A stretch of 64,000 nucleotides of DNA from Sulfurovum sp. (GCA_030949725.1 JAUZSE010000007.1:19379-83378), one strand, 5' to 3'. Numbered from the stretch's first letter, positions 10,771-21,571 are shown. Program-made: numbers and translations. The notes: generated by a model from the letters alone, not told the origin.

Positions 10771-10801
10771 TCTATCACATGGAGAGGATACTTGAAATAA
10801 T

Positions 10802-10833
10802 TTGACACAAAAACATAATTATACTATAATTAT
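10802..10833 (+). promoter_or_regulatory. Sigma70 promoter with overlapping palindromic operator for the mazEF-like pair
   Basis: TTGACA (10802)-17 nt-TATAAT (10825); palindrome ATAATTATA-c-TATAATTAT at 10815-10833. Confidence 0.7.
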
Positions 10834-10847
10834 AAAAAGGAGCTATT

Positions 10848-11078
10848 ATGCAAGTTTCACTTATAGATATAGGTACGAGTAAAGGTATACGTATACCATC
10901 AGCTGTACTTAAAGAGATAGATACACCAAAGAGTTTTGAATTACGTATAGAAGAGGGCAGTATAGTGTTAGATGTAGTTGATGAGCCTCGTATGGGTTGG
11001 GATGAGAAATTTAAAGCTATAGATAACACCTTGCTGATAGATGATAGTTTAGATGTGGATGCGTGGGATGAGATATAA
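10848..11078 (+). CDS. AbrB/MazE-family antitoxin
   Basis: IGTSKGIRIP swapped-hairpin motif, PRMGW, acidic tail. Confidence 0.9.
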   Translation: MQVSLIDIGTSKGIRIPSAVLKEIDTPKSFELRIEEGSIVLDVVDEPRMGWDEKFKAIDNTLLIDDSLDVDAWDEI

Positions 11079-11379
11079 GCAGTATAGTGTTGTGATAGTA
11101 AATCTTAATCCTACTGTAGGCTCTGAGATACAAAAGACTAGACCTTGTTTGATCATATCACCCAATGAAATGAACTATGCCAATGTGATAGTAGCACCTA
11201 TGACTTCAAAGAAAAAAGACTACCCAACTAGAGTGCAACTCAAAGCGGATAGTTTTGTTGTCTTAGATCAGATAAGAACCATTTCTGTACAGAGAATAGT
11301 GAAAGTAACGGATATAAAAATTAGTAAAAAAAAGAGTGATGAAGTGAAAAATATGATTAAAATGATATTGGTGGATTAG
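11068..11379 (+). CDS. PemK/MazF-family toxin
   Basis: LNPTVGSEIQKTRPCLIISP and LDQIRTIS; overlaps the antitoxin. Confidence 0.93.
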   Translation: MRYKQYSVVIVNLNPTVGSEIQKTRPCLIISPNEMNYANVIVAPMTSKKKDYPTRVQLKADSFVVLDQIRTISVQRIVKVTDIKISKKKSDEVKNMIKMILVD

Positions 11380-12055
11380 GTGTATGAAAGGAGATAAAAA
11401 TATGAAAACGATATTTGTATCTGAAATAGATAAGTTGTATACTTTTGATGTTTTTATGTTGCTAGATGATGACACACAAACAATAAAGGGGACCAATAAA
11501 GGGGACAGGGTGTGCCAAGAAGGCGTAACAACTAAAGTAATTTAGGAGGATTGCATTAGCTATGCTATAAAGAAGATGGTAGTAGGTCTACCGTAATCGC
11601 TATGCAAGTAGAGGTTGCAAACCACCTTAAGGTGCTTAGATTAAGAGTCTCGGTATTGAGCGTTAAGGAAAAGGGAGAGCCTGACTCTTTCAGGTGTGTA
11701 TTATAGAGTTGAATGAAAATGAACCATTGATGAAGTCTCGAAACTTTAATGATTATGTTAAAACCAAGGCTAACTGTCTTCCTTGGGATAACCTACAAGG
11801 ATACTTGTTTACTGTTGTGGGAGCATACGGGGTGGAGATGGCAAGAATATAATACAGGCTTCTTTATGGAACTTGGGAAGTTGTCGTAACGATGTTAAGG
11901 GAAAAACTCAAGTGGAAGCCCCATTAGAGTGAAAGTACTGATGCGTTGCACAATGGCGGAGTTATCCGTAGTAGCGATGAAGTCTCTGTAATGGAGATGG
12001 AGCAAAGGGATAACATTGTTTAGTTTGAGATTATCATACAACTGTATAGGAGGAT

Positions 12056-14556
12056 ATGAAAATGATTCAGATAAAATCACAAGATATTACCAAACAACAA
12101 GTTTGGGAAGCCTATAAAAAGGTGAAACGAAATAAAGGGAGTGCAGGAGTTGATGGGATTGACTTTGAGAAATTTGAGTCAAACTTAGAAAACAACCTGT
12201 ACAAACTTTGGAATAGATTGAGTTCAGGTAGCTATATGCCACCAGCAGTACTTAGAGTAGAGATACCCAAAAGTGATGGAGGTATAAGAGCGTTGGGAAT
12301 ACCAACCATAGCCGATAGAGTAGCTCAAATGGTAGTCAAAGATTATTTGGAACCTAAGCTAGAGAAGATTTTTTATAGTGACTCTTATGGCTATAGACCA
12401 AAGAAATCAGCACACCAAGCACTAACAGCAACACGCAAGAGATGTTGGCAATCACCCCAATCCTCTAAAAACTAAAATTCAAGAGTTGTGCAATAGAGTC
12501 ATCTAAATCCCAGCGATTGTTGATGAGTTGTTCTTGTATAGACTTTGCTCCATTTAAGTGTAAAATATTCAAAATCATACTTCTAATTATAGTCATTAAA
12601 AATGGATTTAAATGGACATTATGGTCATCTTCTAATAAAGCATTATCTTTATATTGATGCATAGTTTCAACTTTCCAATGATCTAATATTTTATCATGAA
12701 AAAACTCTGCACTTTCATGAAAATTTGCAATACAAAATTGAATTCTAGTGCTGTTTGTTACTATGCCAGTTTTGTGATTTTTACACTCTATTTTTTTGAT
12801 AGTTTTTATAATTGAGCGAATATGTGTTATTCCATTATGTGAAAATGAAGTGGGTTGATAGATAAAAACTTCTCTGTTTATCCATTCATTCGATTGTTGA
12901 ATACCTCTAGCTTTGTAAGTACTTACTGGTTTTGTATCTCTTGATATTTCATCTATCTTATCAAAAAGGGTTGCTTGATTATCTTTAACTTTAGCAATAT
13001 ATTTTGAGCCACTTTCTTCAATAGCATCTAGCGTTTTTTTTGGGTATTCATCGCATCAAAAGTAAAGATAAATTCCTCCCCAAGCTCCCCTATCATCGCT
13101 TGTAATGCTGGTATCTCATTAGATTTTTCTGCAATTTTCTTATGTGCAATTATGACACCTATTTCAGCAAGAACTGCTCCTACAACTTCAATAGATCTTT
13201 TGTCTTTGTATCTACTACCATTCATCACTTTCCCATCTACACTTAGATGCTTCCCCGTCGTCTCTACATAGTTTCTTATCCACTCTCTAAATATTAATTC
13301 TACTGCTTCGCTATCCACATTTGCAAGTACCGAAGATACTACACTTTTCTTTGGTGTCAATATAAACTCAACACCCAGAAGTCTCTTCACTTGCTCTTTT
13401 TGAATATGCTTTTCTATCCATATTGAAATCTGCTTATAATCTGTTGCTCCCATAAGTCCTGCTAATACGCTAAGGTATAAAATATGCTCTATCTTATGTC
13501 TTTTCGCTTTCCTATAGTCTTTAATTGTTGAAAATAATTCCAATAATTTATTGGATTTAGCTTTTTCTGCGTATCCTTTTATTGAACGCTTTACTGATAA
13601 TTTCTCTCTTGATTTTATTTGCATTTTTCTCAATCTCATTTTTTTACATAGTATAGCACTTTATCTCTATTAGCTTTTTTAAGGATTGGGGTGGTTGGCA
13701 ATATCCATTTGTACTAGATTTAGATATAAAAGGGTTCTTTGACAATATTGACCACGAGTTGATGATAAAAGCTTTGGAATTGCACATTGATACCAAGTGG
13801 GAAATGCTCTATATCAAACGATGGTTGGTTGCTCCAGTCCAAACCAAAGACGGACTACTACAAAGAGATAGAGGAACGCCACAGGGTGGAGTCATCTCTC
13901 CACTACTAGCTAATCTGTTTTTGCATTATGCTTTTGATGTATGGATGAGTAAAAACTATCCCAATACTCCTTTTGAGAGATATGCAGATGATGCAGTATG
14001 TCACTGTAGGTCTCAACAAGAGGCAGAAAAGCTACAAATAGAACTATCCGAGAGAATGGAAAAGTGTAAATTAGAACTTCATCCTGATAAGACTAAAATA
14101 GTCTATTGTAAAGATGATAAAAGAAGAGGGGAGTATGAAAATACAAACTTCGACTTTCTAGGGTTTACATTTCAACCACGACTGTCTAAAAGCTATACAG
14201 GTCAATTCTTTGTAGGATTTAATCCTGCTATTAGCAGAAAATCTGCTAAAAGGATTAGACTTGTAATGCGAAGATGGAAAGTTCAGATTAGAAGTAACCT
14301 CTCTTTGGAGGAGTTATCAAAAGCTTATAGTAGAGTGATAAGAGGTTGGGTAAATTACTACTCAATCTTTGCACGATATAAACTACTAGAGTTAATGAGA
14401 TACTTTGACAGAAGATTAGAGAGGTGGGCAAAACAAAAGTTTAAATCACTCAAACGCAGACAAGGCAGAGCCAATAAATGGCTTAGTGCAATAGCTAGAA
14501 AAGAGCCTCATCTATTTCCACATTGGCAAATGAAATATGCAAAACTTGCAAAATAA
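12056..14556 (+). pseudogene. ltrA: Intron-encoded reverse transcriptase/maturase split by an IS
   Basis: NKGSAGVDG, LGIPTIADR, GTPQGGVISPLLAN, YADD and domain X; removing the IS and one TSD restores RCWQYPFVLDLDIKGFFDNI. Confidence 0.92.
12453..13693 (-). mobile_element. ISAs1-family IS; transposase 13639-12465 with a frameshift at an A8 run
   Basis: Terminal IR CACCCCAATCCT, 9-bp TSD GTTGGCAAT (12444-12452 and 13694-13702), VDGK, KSNEIPA, TFDAMNTQK and KVKDNQ motifs. Confidence 0.92.
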
Positions 14557-14756
14557 TATCACTTGATTAAGCAATAGGAGCCGTGTGACGGGAGACTGTC
14601 AAGCACGGTTCTGTGAGAGCCTGAGAGGGAAGTTCTCTTGGGCTACTCGACCTAGATTAATTCTTGTCCCCTTTACTTATATTTACTTTCTTATGCTGAT
14701 TTTTATTGAATTTATTGGGAAGTGTGTAGTTGTGTGGGAGGATGCCAAAAATACAT

Positions 14757-15725
14757 CTAAAAACTATTATCCTTATTCTCCAACTCAGCATACACAAATT
14801 CCATGTGATTTTTTAAAAATGTTAGAGGAAAATAGAAATCTTCTTTCCATGTAAATTTTTCTTTTAGATTTGCATAGGCTTCTTGGAGTTCAAAGATGCC
14901 TTTGTCCTCTTTATAGGCTTTGCTTACTTCTTCTTTGATGGAAGAGAGATAATAGAGATAAGGTGCCACGGTTTTTTTGTAATCTCCTGATGTGCCGTGT
15001 CCTACAACATAGAGGGTATAGCGTGGTTGTTTGGTTAGTTTTTCTAAAAAGACGATATTTTCTAAGATGCTTGAAATTTCAGAGAAGTATCCTAAAGTAG
15101 ATTCTAAGACTATATCGCCCAAAAATATTACATTACTTTTTTGGTGTGTGATAGTGATGTCTGAATTTGAATGTGCTGATTTTGGGTGTTGGATACTAAA
15201 GTATTCGCCGTCTATTTCTATCTTGTCTCCATCTTCTACAAAATAGCTAGGCAGATGAAAAGTCTTGGCTTTGTATTGGTTTGTGACGCGTTCTTGACCT
15301 TGAAGATACATATTTGTAGCAGAATCGATAATATTTCTATGTCCATAGATTTTGACATTGGGATAGGCTTCTACAATTGCTCCATTGGCAAACCAATGGT
15401 CAGAGTGATGGTGGGTATTAAAAATAGCAAGTATCGGTTTTGTGCTGATTTGTCTTATCTGATTGAGGACAGCCTTACCCACAATATAACTCGCCCCTGA
15501 ATCTATGATGATAATGCCATTTTTAGATTCTATAAACGCAGGATTATGTATGAAACATTGGGCATCATTGTCTCTTGTTTTTGCACCGTGCATGATATAA
15601 ACAGACTTTGCCATTTGCTTAAAAGAAAAATCGCCATGATGTCCTAAGTGCCAAGGCTTAAAAGTTTTGGCATCTAGCAAAGAGAAGCCCAAACAAACTC
15701 CGATAAAAGTTCTACGGTTTAACAT
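14757..15725 (-). CDS. soxH: SoxH-like MBL-fold metallo-hydrolase with Tat signal
   Basis: NRRTF Tat motif, THHHSDH metal motif, downstream of soxYZ. Confidence 0.7.
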   Translation of the reverse strand: MLNRRTFIGVCLGFSLLDAKTFKPWHLGHHGDFSFKQMAKSVYIMHGAKTRDNDAQCFIHNPAFIESKNGIIIIDSGASYIVGKAVLNQIRQISTKPILAIFNTHHHSDHWFANGAIVEAYPNVKIYGHRNIIDSATNMYLQGQERVTNQYKAKTFHLPSYFVEDGDKIEIDGEYFSIQHPKSAHSNSDITITHQKSNVIFLGDIVLESTLGYFSEISSILENIVFLEKLTKQPRYTLYVVGHGTSGDYKKTVAPYLYYLSSIKEEVSKAYKEDKGIFELQEAYANLKEKFTWKEDFYFPLTFLKNHMEFVYAELENKDNSF

Positions 15726-16044
15726 AGTTTTTTATCTTCTTAGAATAGTGTCCTTTATATCCTGTAGTAGTTGTCCATTCTAACTCCATGAGGTCACCTT
15801 CTTTGAGTTCTTTTTGTTTGACTTTAAGTTTGATTAAGGGGTTTAAAGCCATATTTCCTGAGGATTTAAAGTCAAAAAGTATGCGTTCTCCTACACGAAG
15901 CACCATATCCGTAATGTAATCAGGTGCTATCTCTTTCTTTTCTGCTTCTGCTTCTCCTATCATGAGACTATCAATCATAAATTTTATTTTAAGAATGTCA
16001 TCTTTAATAACGACTCTTATTTTTGCTTTATTTGTTTGACTCAT
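15712..16044 (-). CDS. soxZ: SoxZ-like sulfur carrier subunit
   Basis: KIKFMIDSLM, YIT, MALNPLIKLK, GD.MELEW pattern; follows soxY. Confidence 0.78.
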   Translation of the reverse strand: MSQTNKAKIRVVIKDDILKIKFMIDSLMIGEAEAEKKEIAPDYITDMVLRVGERILFDFKSSGNMALNPLIKLKVKQKELKEGDLMELEWTTTTGYKGHYSKKIKNYVKP

Positions 16045-16512
16045 CCTCCACAACCTCCACCAATAGAAACATCAATTTCTTGATTTTTTATATAAACGAA
16101 CCCATTTATATCTTCTATAAGTACCGTTATATCTGCTGTTTGTCTCATCTTTATACGAAAAGAATAATCTACCAATACATCTTTAGGTACATCAAAAATA
16201 CCCACTAAAGAAGTAGGGTTAGCATCTTGAAATAGCATGACTTTTTTTGGCTTCTAAATCTGTTTTGATATGTATAGGAATAGACCCACTATTTTCTGCT
16301 AGTTTAGGGGCTTTTATATATATTTTATCACTCAGAACTAACTCTTTATCAGGATAAAGTAATTTGATTGCTTCTTTACTAGTTTCAGCTTTCCAAGGGT
16401 CTTTATTTTCGGGTAGCTTTTTATACGGTTGCCATGTTTGGGCAGAGAGTGGTGTGATTGCCCATGTTAGTGTGCCTAATGTGGCTAGGGATAGTAATTT
16501 TCTTCTGTTCAT
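16041..16512 (-). CDS. soxY: SoxY sulfur carrier; one +1 frameshift in an A7 run
   Basis: Tat signal MNRRKLL, APKLAENSGSIP, RIKMRQT and C-terminal GGCGG swinging arm. Confidence 0.88.
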
Positions 16513-16680
16513 CTTTTAATACTCCTTTTTTAGGGTAGAGACTATGATAGCATTTTAAACTAATAAAATACATAATCTAAGAGTCAAGCGTTGAATATAC
16601 ACTAAAAGCATGCGGGTAAATTAATACCCCACTAAGTTTATTTTCATATAATAAGTAAAACATATATGAAAAGGGTAAAT

Positions 16681-16944
16681 ATGAATACGATATCTATATC
16701 CGACATACAACGAAACTTGCATAAGTTAGAAAATTTTGACATTGTAGAGATAGTTGATAAAAAACGTAACCAGATAAAAGGGTATTTTCTTGACAAGAAG
16801 TATGTAGATGTGGTGGAAAAGCTTGTTAAATCTAATACGCATAAAAATAAATCTAAACTAGATGCATTAAAAGCTATGGGTAGTTATGGTTTAGGTGGGA
16901 AAAATATAAGGGATATTAAGGCGGAGATATATGATAATCAATAA
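16681..16944 (+). CDS. Antitoxin, Phd/YefM-like
   Basis: MNTISISDIQRN N-terminus; overlaps a PIN toxin; upstream inverted repeat TTTTCATATA/TATATGAAAA (16641-16672). Confidence 0.7.
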   Translation: MNTISISDIQRNLHKLENFDIVEIVDKKRNQIKGYFLDKKYVDVVEKLVKSNTHKNKSKLDALKAMGSYGLGGKNIRDIKAEIYDNQ

Positions 16945-17356
16945 GATATTTTTGGATGCCAATATCTTGCTTGACATGATAGATAAAGACAGAGGAAATA
17001 TAGAAAAATCAAGAGATTTAATTTATCGTGCTTTGATGAAGGATATATTACTCTTTACTTCATGTGACATACTTAGCAATGTATATTATGTTGCCAATAG
17101 GAAACTTGAAAAAGTTGAGGTTATCCAAGAGATAGATCGCATGTTGGAGATATTTGACATAGTGCCAATAGACAATACACTAGCTCAGAAAGCCATGAAG
17201 ATGAATGTATTGGATATAAGGCTAGATTTTGAAGATTTACTTCAATCTGTATGTGCTGAAGAAGCTTCTTGTGATTTGATTGTGACTAATGATAAGCAGT
17301 TTGTATCAGGATTAGTGCAGCATGTTACTTTAGATAAAGCATTGGAACTGATTTGA
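16931..17356 (+). CDS. PIN-domain (VapC-like) toxin
   Basis: FLDANILLD, DFED.LQ and IVTNDK motifs. Confidence 0.9.
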   Translation: MIINKIFLDANILLDMIDKDRGNIEKSRDLIYRALMKDILLFTSCDILSNVYYVANRKLEKVEVIQEIDRMLEIFDIVPIDNTLAQKAMKMNVLDIRLDFEDLLQSVCAEEASCDLIVTNDKQFVSGLVQHVTLDKALELI

Positions 17357-20073
17357 GTTTCAAACCATTTTTAGCCTACTCCGCTTCAGCAGGAAGCGGT
17401 AAGACATTTGCCCTTTCGGTGCGGTATATCTCACTACTTTTTATGGGAGAATCACCATCTAGTATACTCGCGGCAACCTTTACGAACAAGGCAGCAGCTG
17501 AGATGCGTCAGAGGGTGGTGGATTCTTTGCGTAATTTGGGAGAGAATGAAGCTTTTTTGGCTGCGGTTTGTGTAGAGACTGGCTTTAGTAAAGAAGAAGT
17601 GTTTCAAAATCAGCCAGAGGTCTTGGCACGGTTTTTGGCTACTACATCGTATATTGTGACGCTGGATAGTTTTTTTTCTGGCATTTTGCGTTCTGCCTCT
17701 TTGGAGTTGGGTCTTGAACCTGACTTTATGACCAAAGAACAGGGTACGGATGCACTTGAAAAACATTTTTTAGATGAAGTACAAGCCAATGGGCTACTCT
17801 CCAACCTTGTAAAACTCTCTATGGATATTGAAGACAAGCGTTTTGCTAAGATCTTTGATTTGATGCAGAACTTTTACAAAGTAGATCCTTTACTGCCAGC
17901 ACAACAAGAGAGCAGTTTTGTCCTAGCTAAGCAAGAAGAAGCCTGTGAAGTTTTACGCTTGAAGATGATCAAGGCATTGGGTGATGCTAGTGCTACGGCA
18001 CGTTGTCTCAAACAGTTTGAAACCAACAACGTGAAAGCATTATTTATCAAGTCTTTGTTTGAAAAAGAGACTTTGGGTGAACACTCTTGGTTTAAAAAAG
18101 TGGCGAATGACGAAATAGAAGGCTTATATGCCTTTCTTAAAATAGAATTGGCAAAATGGGCAGAGGCTAGAGAAGCGATAGTCTTACAAAACCTTTTTAA
18201 AATTTATGACTACTATAAAAATGCTGTCATCACCAATGCGAAGACTTCAGGAATTTTGACCTTTGATGATCTGACGTATTTTACCTATAGGCTTTTGCAT
18301 GAGAGTATGAGTAAAGAATTTTTGTACTTTAAGATAGATGCCAAGTTTAAACATATACTTCTTGATGAGTTTCAAGATACTTCTACTTTACAATTTTTAC
18401 TGCTCAAACCTCTCATAGATGAGATCTTTTCTGGGCATGGGCAGAGTGAATTTAAGTCCTTTTTTTATGTGGGTGATACGAAGCAGTCACTGTATCGTTT
18501 TCGTGGAGGAGTGGAGGAATTGTTTGACAAAGTGGCAGAGAATTATGGGGTAGAGATACTTCCTATGGACACCAACTATAGAAGTGCTAAACATATAGTA
18601 GAGCAGGTCAATGGATGGTTTGAACCTACCATGCAAGGCTATGTTCCCCAAAAAAGTAGAGTAGGTGCAAGTGCAGGTTATGTGGAAGTGCTAGAGTCTG
18701 AAACACTCATAGAAGAAGCAGTCAAACAGGCGAAGAGACTTTTGGAGTTTGGTATTGATGTAGATGATATTGCTTTTTTGGTGAGTACGAATAAGGATGG
18801 ACAGAAACTTCAAGAAGCTTGTCAAAATGAAAAGATAGCCACACTCTTAAAGACTTCAAGTTCTTTAAAAAATATGCCTAAGATAGCAGCACTTGTAGCG
18901 ATGACCGAGTATCTGTTCTTTGGAGAAAAGATAGATGCACAAGCGATGCTTTTGAATGTAGGAAAGTCATTGGACGATGTGGATATTTCTTGGTTTTCAG
19001 CCTTTATGTCACCACTTCAAGTCGTGGACAGACTGGTACGAGAGTTTGGGTACTTTGATGAAGATTTAAATGTATTGAAGCTTTTGGAGTTTGCTTCTGC
19101 CTTTTCTGATATGCTTACTTTTATAGAAGAATTTGCTACATCGAGTATAGCTGTAGCATCAAACACTGTACATGGTGCAAAGATTATGACCATACATGGT
19201 TCTAAAGGCTTAGAGTTTGAATATGTGATCGTGTTGGATAAACTGACCCGTGCAAACTCTGATAAAGCAGCCCTCATTTACAAGTATAATGATGCTCTAT
19301 ATATAGATAAAATTTTGTATAGAACCAAAGGAAGAGTAAACTTTGATGATGAATATAAAAGTATTATGGATGCACGTAAAATCTCAGAAGCTAAAGATAG
19401 ACAAAATGTATTGTATGTAGCATTGACACGGGCAGTTGAAGGACTCATCATACTTCGAAAGCCTAAAGATTCTATCTTCGATGCACTAGGTATGGAAGTG
19501 ATGTGTATAGGTGAACTAAAAGTTTCTTTAGTGGATGAACCAAGTATCACGCCAGTGGAATCTAAAAAAGTTATTATTTCAAATTATGGTACACAAGAGA
19601 TAGTCAAACAAGAGGATGAAGAAGAGAAAGATTATGAAGCTATCTTATTTGGTACTGCCTTACATTATGCCTTAGAGATGCTAGGCAGTTTTGACCCCAC
19701 GAGTATAGCCACTGCTATGACTGCTCTACAAAATAGATATGGGCAAGAGCTTACACAAGAGAGTTTAGAAGAGATAGAAAAACGGGTGCATAGTCTCATC
19801 GTGCATGATAAATTTCAAGGTTTTCTTAACGGTGCAAATGTACGTAAAGAACAGTCACTTTCTTTTGAAGGCGAGTTGAAGCAGATAGATTTGCTCTTGG
19901 AGTATGAAGACTCTAATTTGGTGATAGACTATAAGAGTTCTAAAAAGTATGCCTTGAAGCATCAAAAGCAAGTGGGGTATTATAAGAAAGCTATAGCCAA
20001 TATTACGGGGAAACGGACGGAGGGTATGATTGTGTATCTTTTGGATGCTGGAATAGAAATCCAAAGGTGTTGA
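17353..20073 (+). CDS. addA: AddA/RecB-like helicase-nuclease
   Basis: ASAGSGKT, TFTNKAA.EM, LDEFQDT, GDTKQSLYRFRG, TIHGSKGLE, YVALTRA and IDYKS motifs. Confidence 0.95.
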   Translation: MSFKPFLAYSASAGSGKTFALSVRYISLLFMGESPSSILAATFTNKAAAEMRQRVVDSLRNLGENEAFLAAVCVETGFSKEEVFQNQPEVLARFLATTSYIVTLDSFFSGILRSASLELGLEPDFMTKEQGTDALEKHFLDEVQANGLLSNLVKLSMDIEDKRFAKIFDLMQNFYKVDPLLPAQQESSFVLAKQEEACEVLRLKMIKALGDASATARCLKQFETNNVKALFIKSLFEKETLGEHSWFKKVANDEIEGLYAFLKIELAKWAEAREAIVLQNLFKIYDYYKNAVITNAKTSGILTFDDLTYFTYRLLHESMSKEFLYFKIDAKFKHILLDEFQDTSTLQFLLLKPLIDEIFSGHGQSEFKSFFYVGDTKQSLYRFRGGVEELFDKVAENYGVEILPMDTNYRSAKHIVEQVNGWFEPTMQGYVPQKSRVGASAGYVEVLESETLIEEAVKQAKRLLEFGIDVDDIAFLVSTNKDGQKLQEACQNEKIATLLKTSSSLKNMPKIAALVAMTEYLFFGEKIDAQAMLLNVGKSLDDVDISWFSAFMSPLQVVDRLVREFGYFDEDLNVLKLLEFASAFSDMLTFIEEFATSSIAVASNTVHGAKIMTIHGSKGLEFEYVIVLDKLTRANSDKAALIYKYNDALYIDKILYRTKGRVNFDDEYKSIMDARKISEAKDRQNVLYVALTRAVEGLIILRKPKDSIFDALGMEVMCIGELKVSLVDEPSITPVESKKVIISNYGTQEIVKQEDEEEKDYEAILFGTALHYALEMLGSFDPTSIATAMTALQNRYGQELTQESLEEIEKRVHSLIVHDKFQGFLNGANVRKEQSLSFEGELKQIDLLLEYEDSNLVIDYKSSKKYALKHQKQVGYYKKAIANITGKRTEGMIVYLLDAGIEIQRC

Positions 20074-20095
20074 CACAAAATGAGTTACACTCCCA

Positions 20096-20575
20096 TTAGT
20101 TTTGCATTTGCTTGAACAGTGATGCTTTGGCTTTTTCTCTTTCTGTTTGCGGTATTTTGGGTTTCCTAACCGTTAGTATTTTTATATCTTTGTCTTTGAT
20201 AGGGTTTGTTTTGATATCAGGACTTTCAATAAATTCTTTGGGCTTGTCTAATACGGTTTCTTTAGGAAAAATATAGTTGTCTCTAGTCTTCTTTTCTACT
20301 TTGATTGGTGTTGGTTTAGGGTTTGCATCCGTATTAAACCATACATAGAGGACAGAGAGCGTAAGAAACCCAATAAGAAACCATTGTCTTTTCTTTTGTG
20401 TTTCTTGTATCTTAGATGATTTTGTTTGGGGGAGAGGGCTGATGTCATCTAGTAGATAGTTATCAAGATTGCTCTCTTTGTTTTCATTAGAGATTTCTGT
20501 AAAGATGTGCTTTAAAAGTACATCTTCTGTCACTTTTTTATGATTTTTTTTTGAAGTTTTTTTTGAAGTTTTCAA
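20096..20575 (-). CDS. Hypothetical single-TM protein
   Basis: 159-aa ORF overlapping the methylase stop; one central hydrophobic helix. Confidence 0.55.
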   Translation of the reverse strand: MKTSKKTSKKNHKKVTEDVLLKHIFTEISNENKESNLDNYLLDDISPLPQTKSSKIQETQKKRQWFLIGFLTLSVLYVWFNTDANPKPTPIKVEKKTRDNYIFPKETVLDKPKEFIESPDIKTNPIKDKDIKILTVRKPKIPQTEREKAKASLFKQMQN

Positions 20576-21571
20576 TGCGATTTCTTAAGTATATGTAGGT
20601 ATTCTGTGGTTGAAGTAGCTTTATGTTTTCTGTTTTCTGTTTTGTCAGCTTTAAAACGTTGATACTGGGTTGTTTTTAACGTATATTCACCATACTTACT
20701 CATAATATCTTTGACTTGTTCTTCTGACATTAATCCCTCATTGTTGTAGCTCATAAATATATATTGAAAATTTGCTAAACGTATTAAGTCTTCAAATGCT
20801 TCTAAAACTTCTCTACTCCTACAATAGGGTGAACGCGTATACTCTCTTAGCCCCGTTTTACCTTTGGGTTCAAATTCATCATAGCGTGATATGGTATTTA
20901 ATATATGATAATTAGCCCCATACTGTCGATGATTGTATGGGGGATCCATATACAATATATCACCTTCTATTTTGGTAATTAAGGCATTGACATCTTCATT
21001 ATAGACTTTGTGATTCTCACCTGATGTATCAAAATGTGCAGGACGTAAAAGTAAAGGTTTTTGAGCAGATTTCTTTAAATGTTTCAAATATGCACCATAC
21101 ACAGAAGCGGTGTTAGCCACTTTATCCGCAGCTTCTATAAGCGATGCCAATAGAAAATAATATAGATTTTCATCTATTTTACTATTGTTTTTCCATACTT
21201 CAATTTTAGATCTTATAGTATCTATCTTTAAAGCATTGTTCATCACTAAAGTATTGACGTTCTCCATGTCCTGCTAACGAATAATGCTTAGTGATAAATC
21301 CACTTTTGGTAGCTAGGTTATTTAACGTATTCAAATACTCTTTATAGTCTAATGGCGTGTAATTCCCGATATAATTTCGATTCAATACATAGCTGTAATG
21401 TTCAATGTCATTGGCAATGACTGTTTTAACATAGGGTTTGAAAGTTCTTCCTACGATGCCTGTACCAGCAAAAATATCACAAAACACCTTATCTTGTAAC
21501 TCACCTACAGTTTCTCGTATCGCTTCTTCCAAAAATGATGATAATTTTAATTTTGAACCAATATAATTCAT
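20572..21571 (-). CDS. DNA adenine methyltransferase, M.HpyI/M.NlaIII-like (probably CATG); one frameshift
   Basis: MNYIGSK, DIFAGTG, ADKVANTASVYGA, DPPYN.RQYGANYH and SYNNEGLM motifs resemble the M.HpyI family. Confidence 0.85.

Larger units (their letters stand above)
11510..14651 (+). mobile_element. Group II intron, bacterial class D (RmInt1-like), itself interrupted by an ISAs1
   Basis: 5' GTGTG at 11510; domain V GAGCCGTGTGACGGGAGACTGTCAAGCACGGTTC; domain VI ending CTACTCGAC at 14651; RT/maturase ORF without an endonuclease domain. Confidence 0.9.

Noticed and set aside
12056-14556. RT as a retron, DGR or defence-associated RT
   Set aside because: It has RT0, YADD and domain X and is enclosed by canonical group II intron ends; no template/variable repeat pair or msr-msd was seen
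14585-14854. 89-aa ORF MTGDCQARFCESL
   Set aside because: It is a translation of intron domains V and VI, a common spurious call
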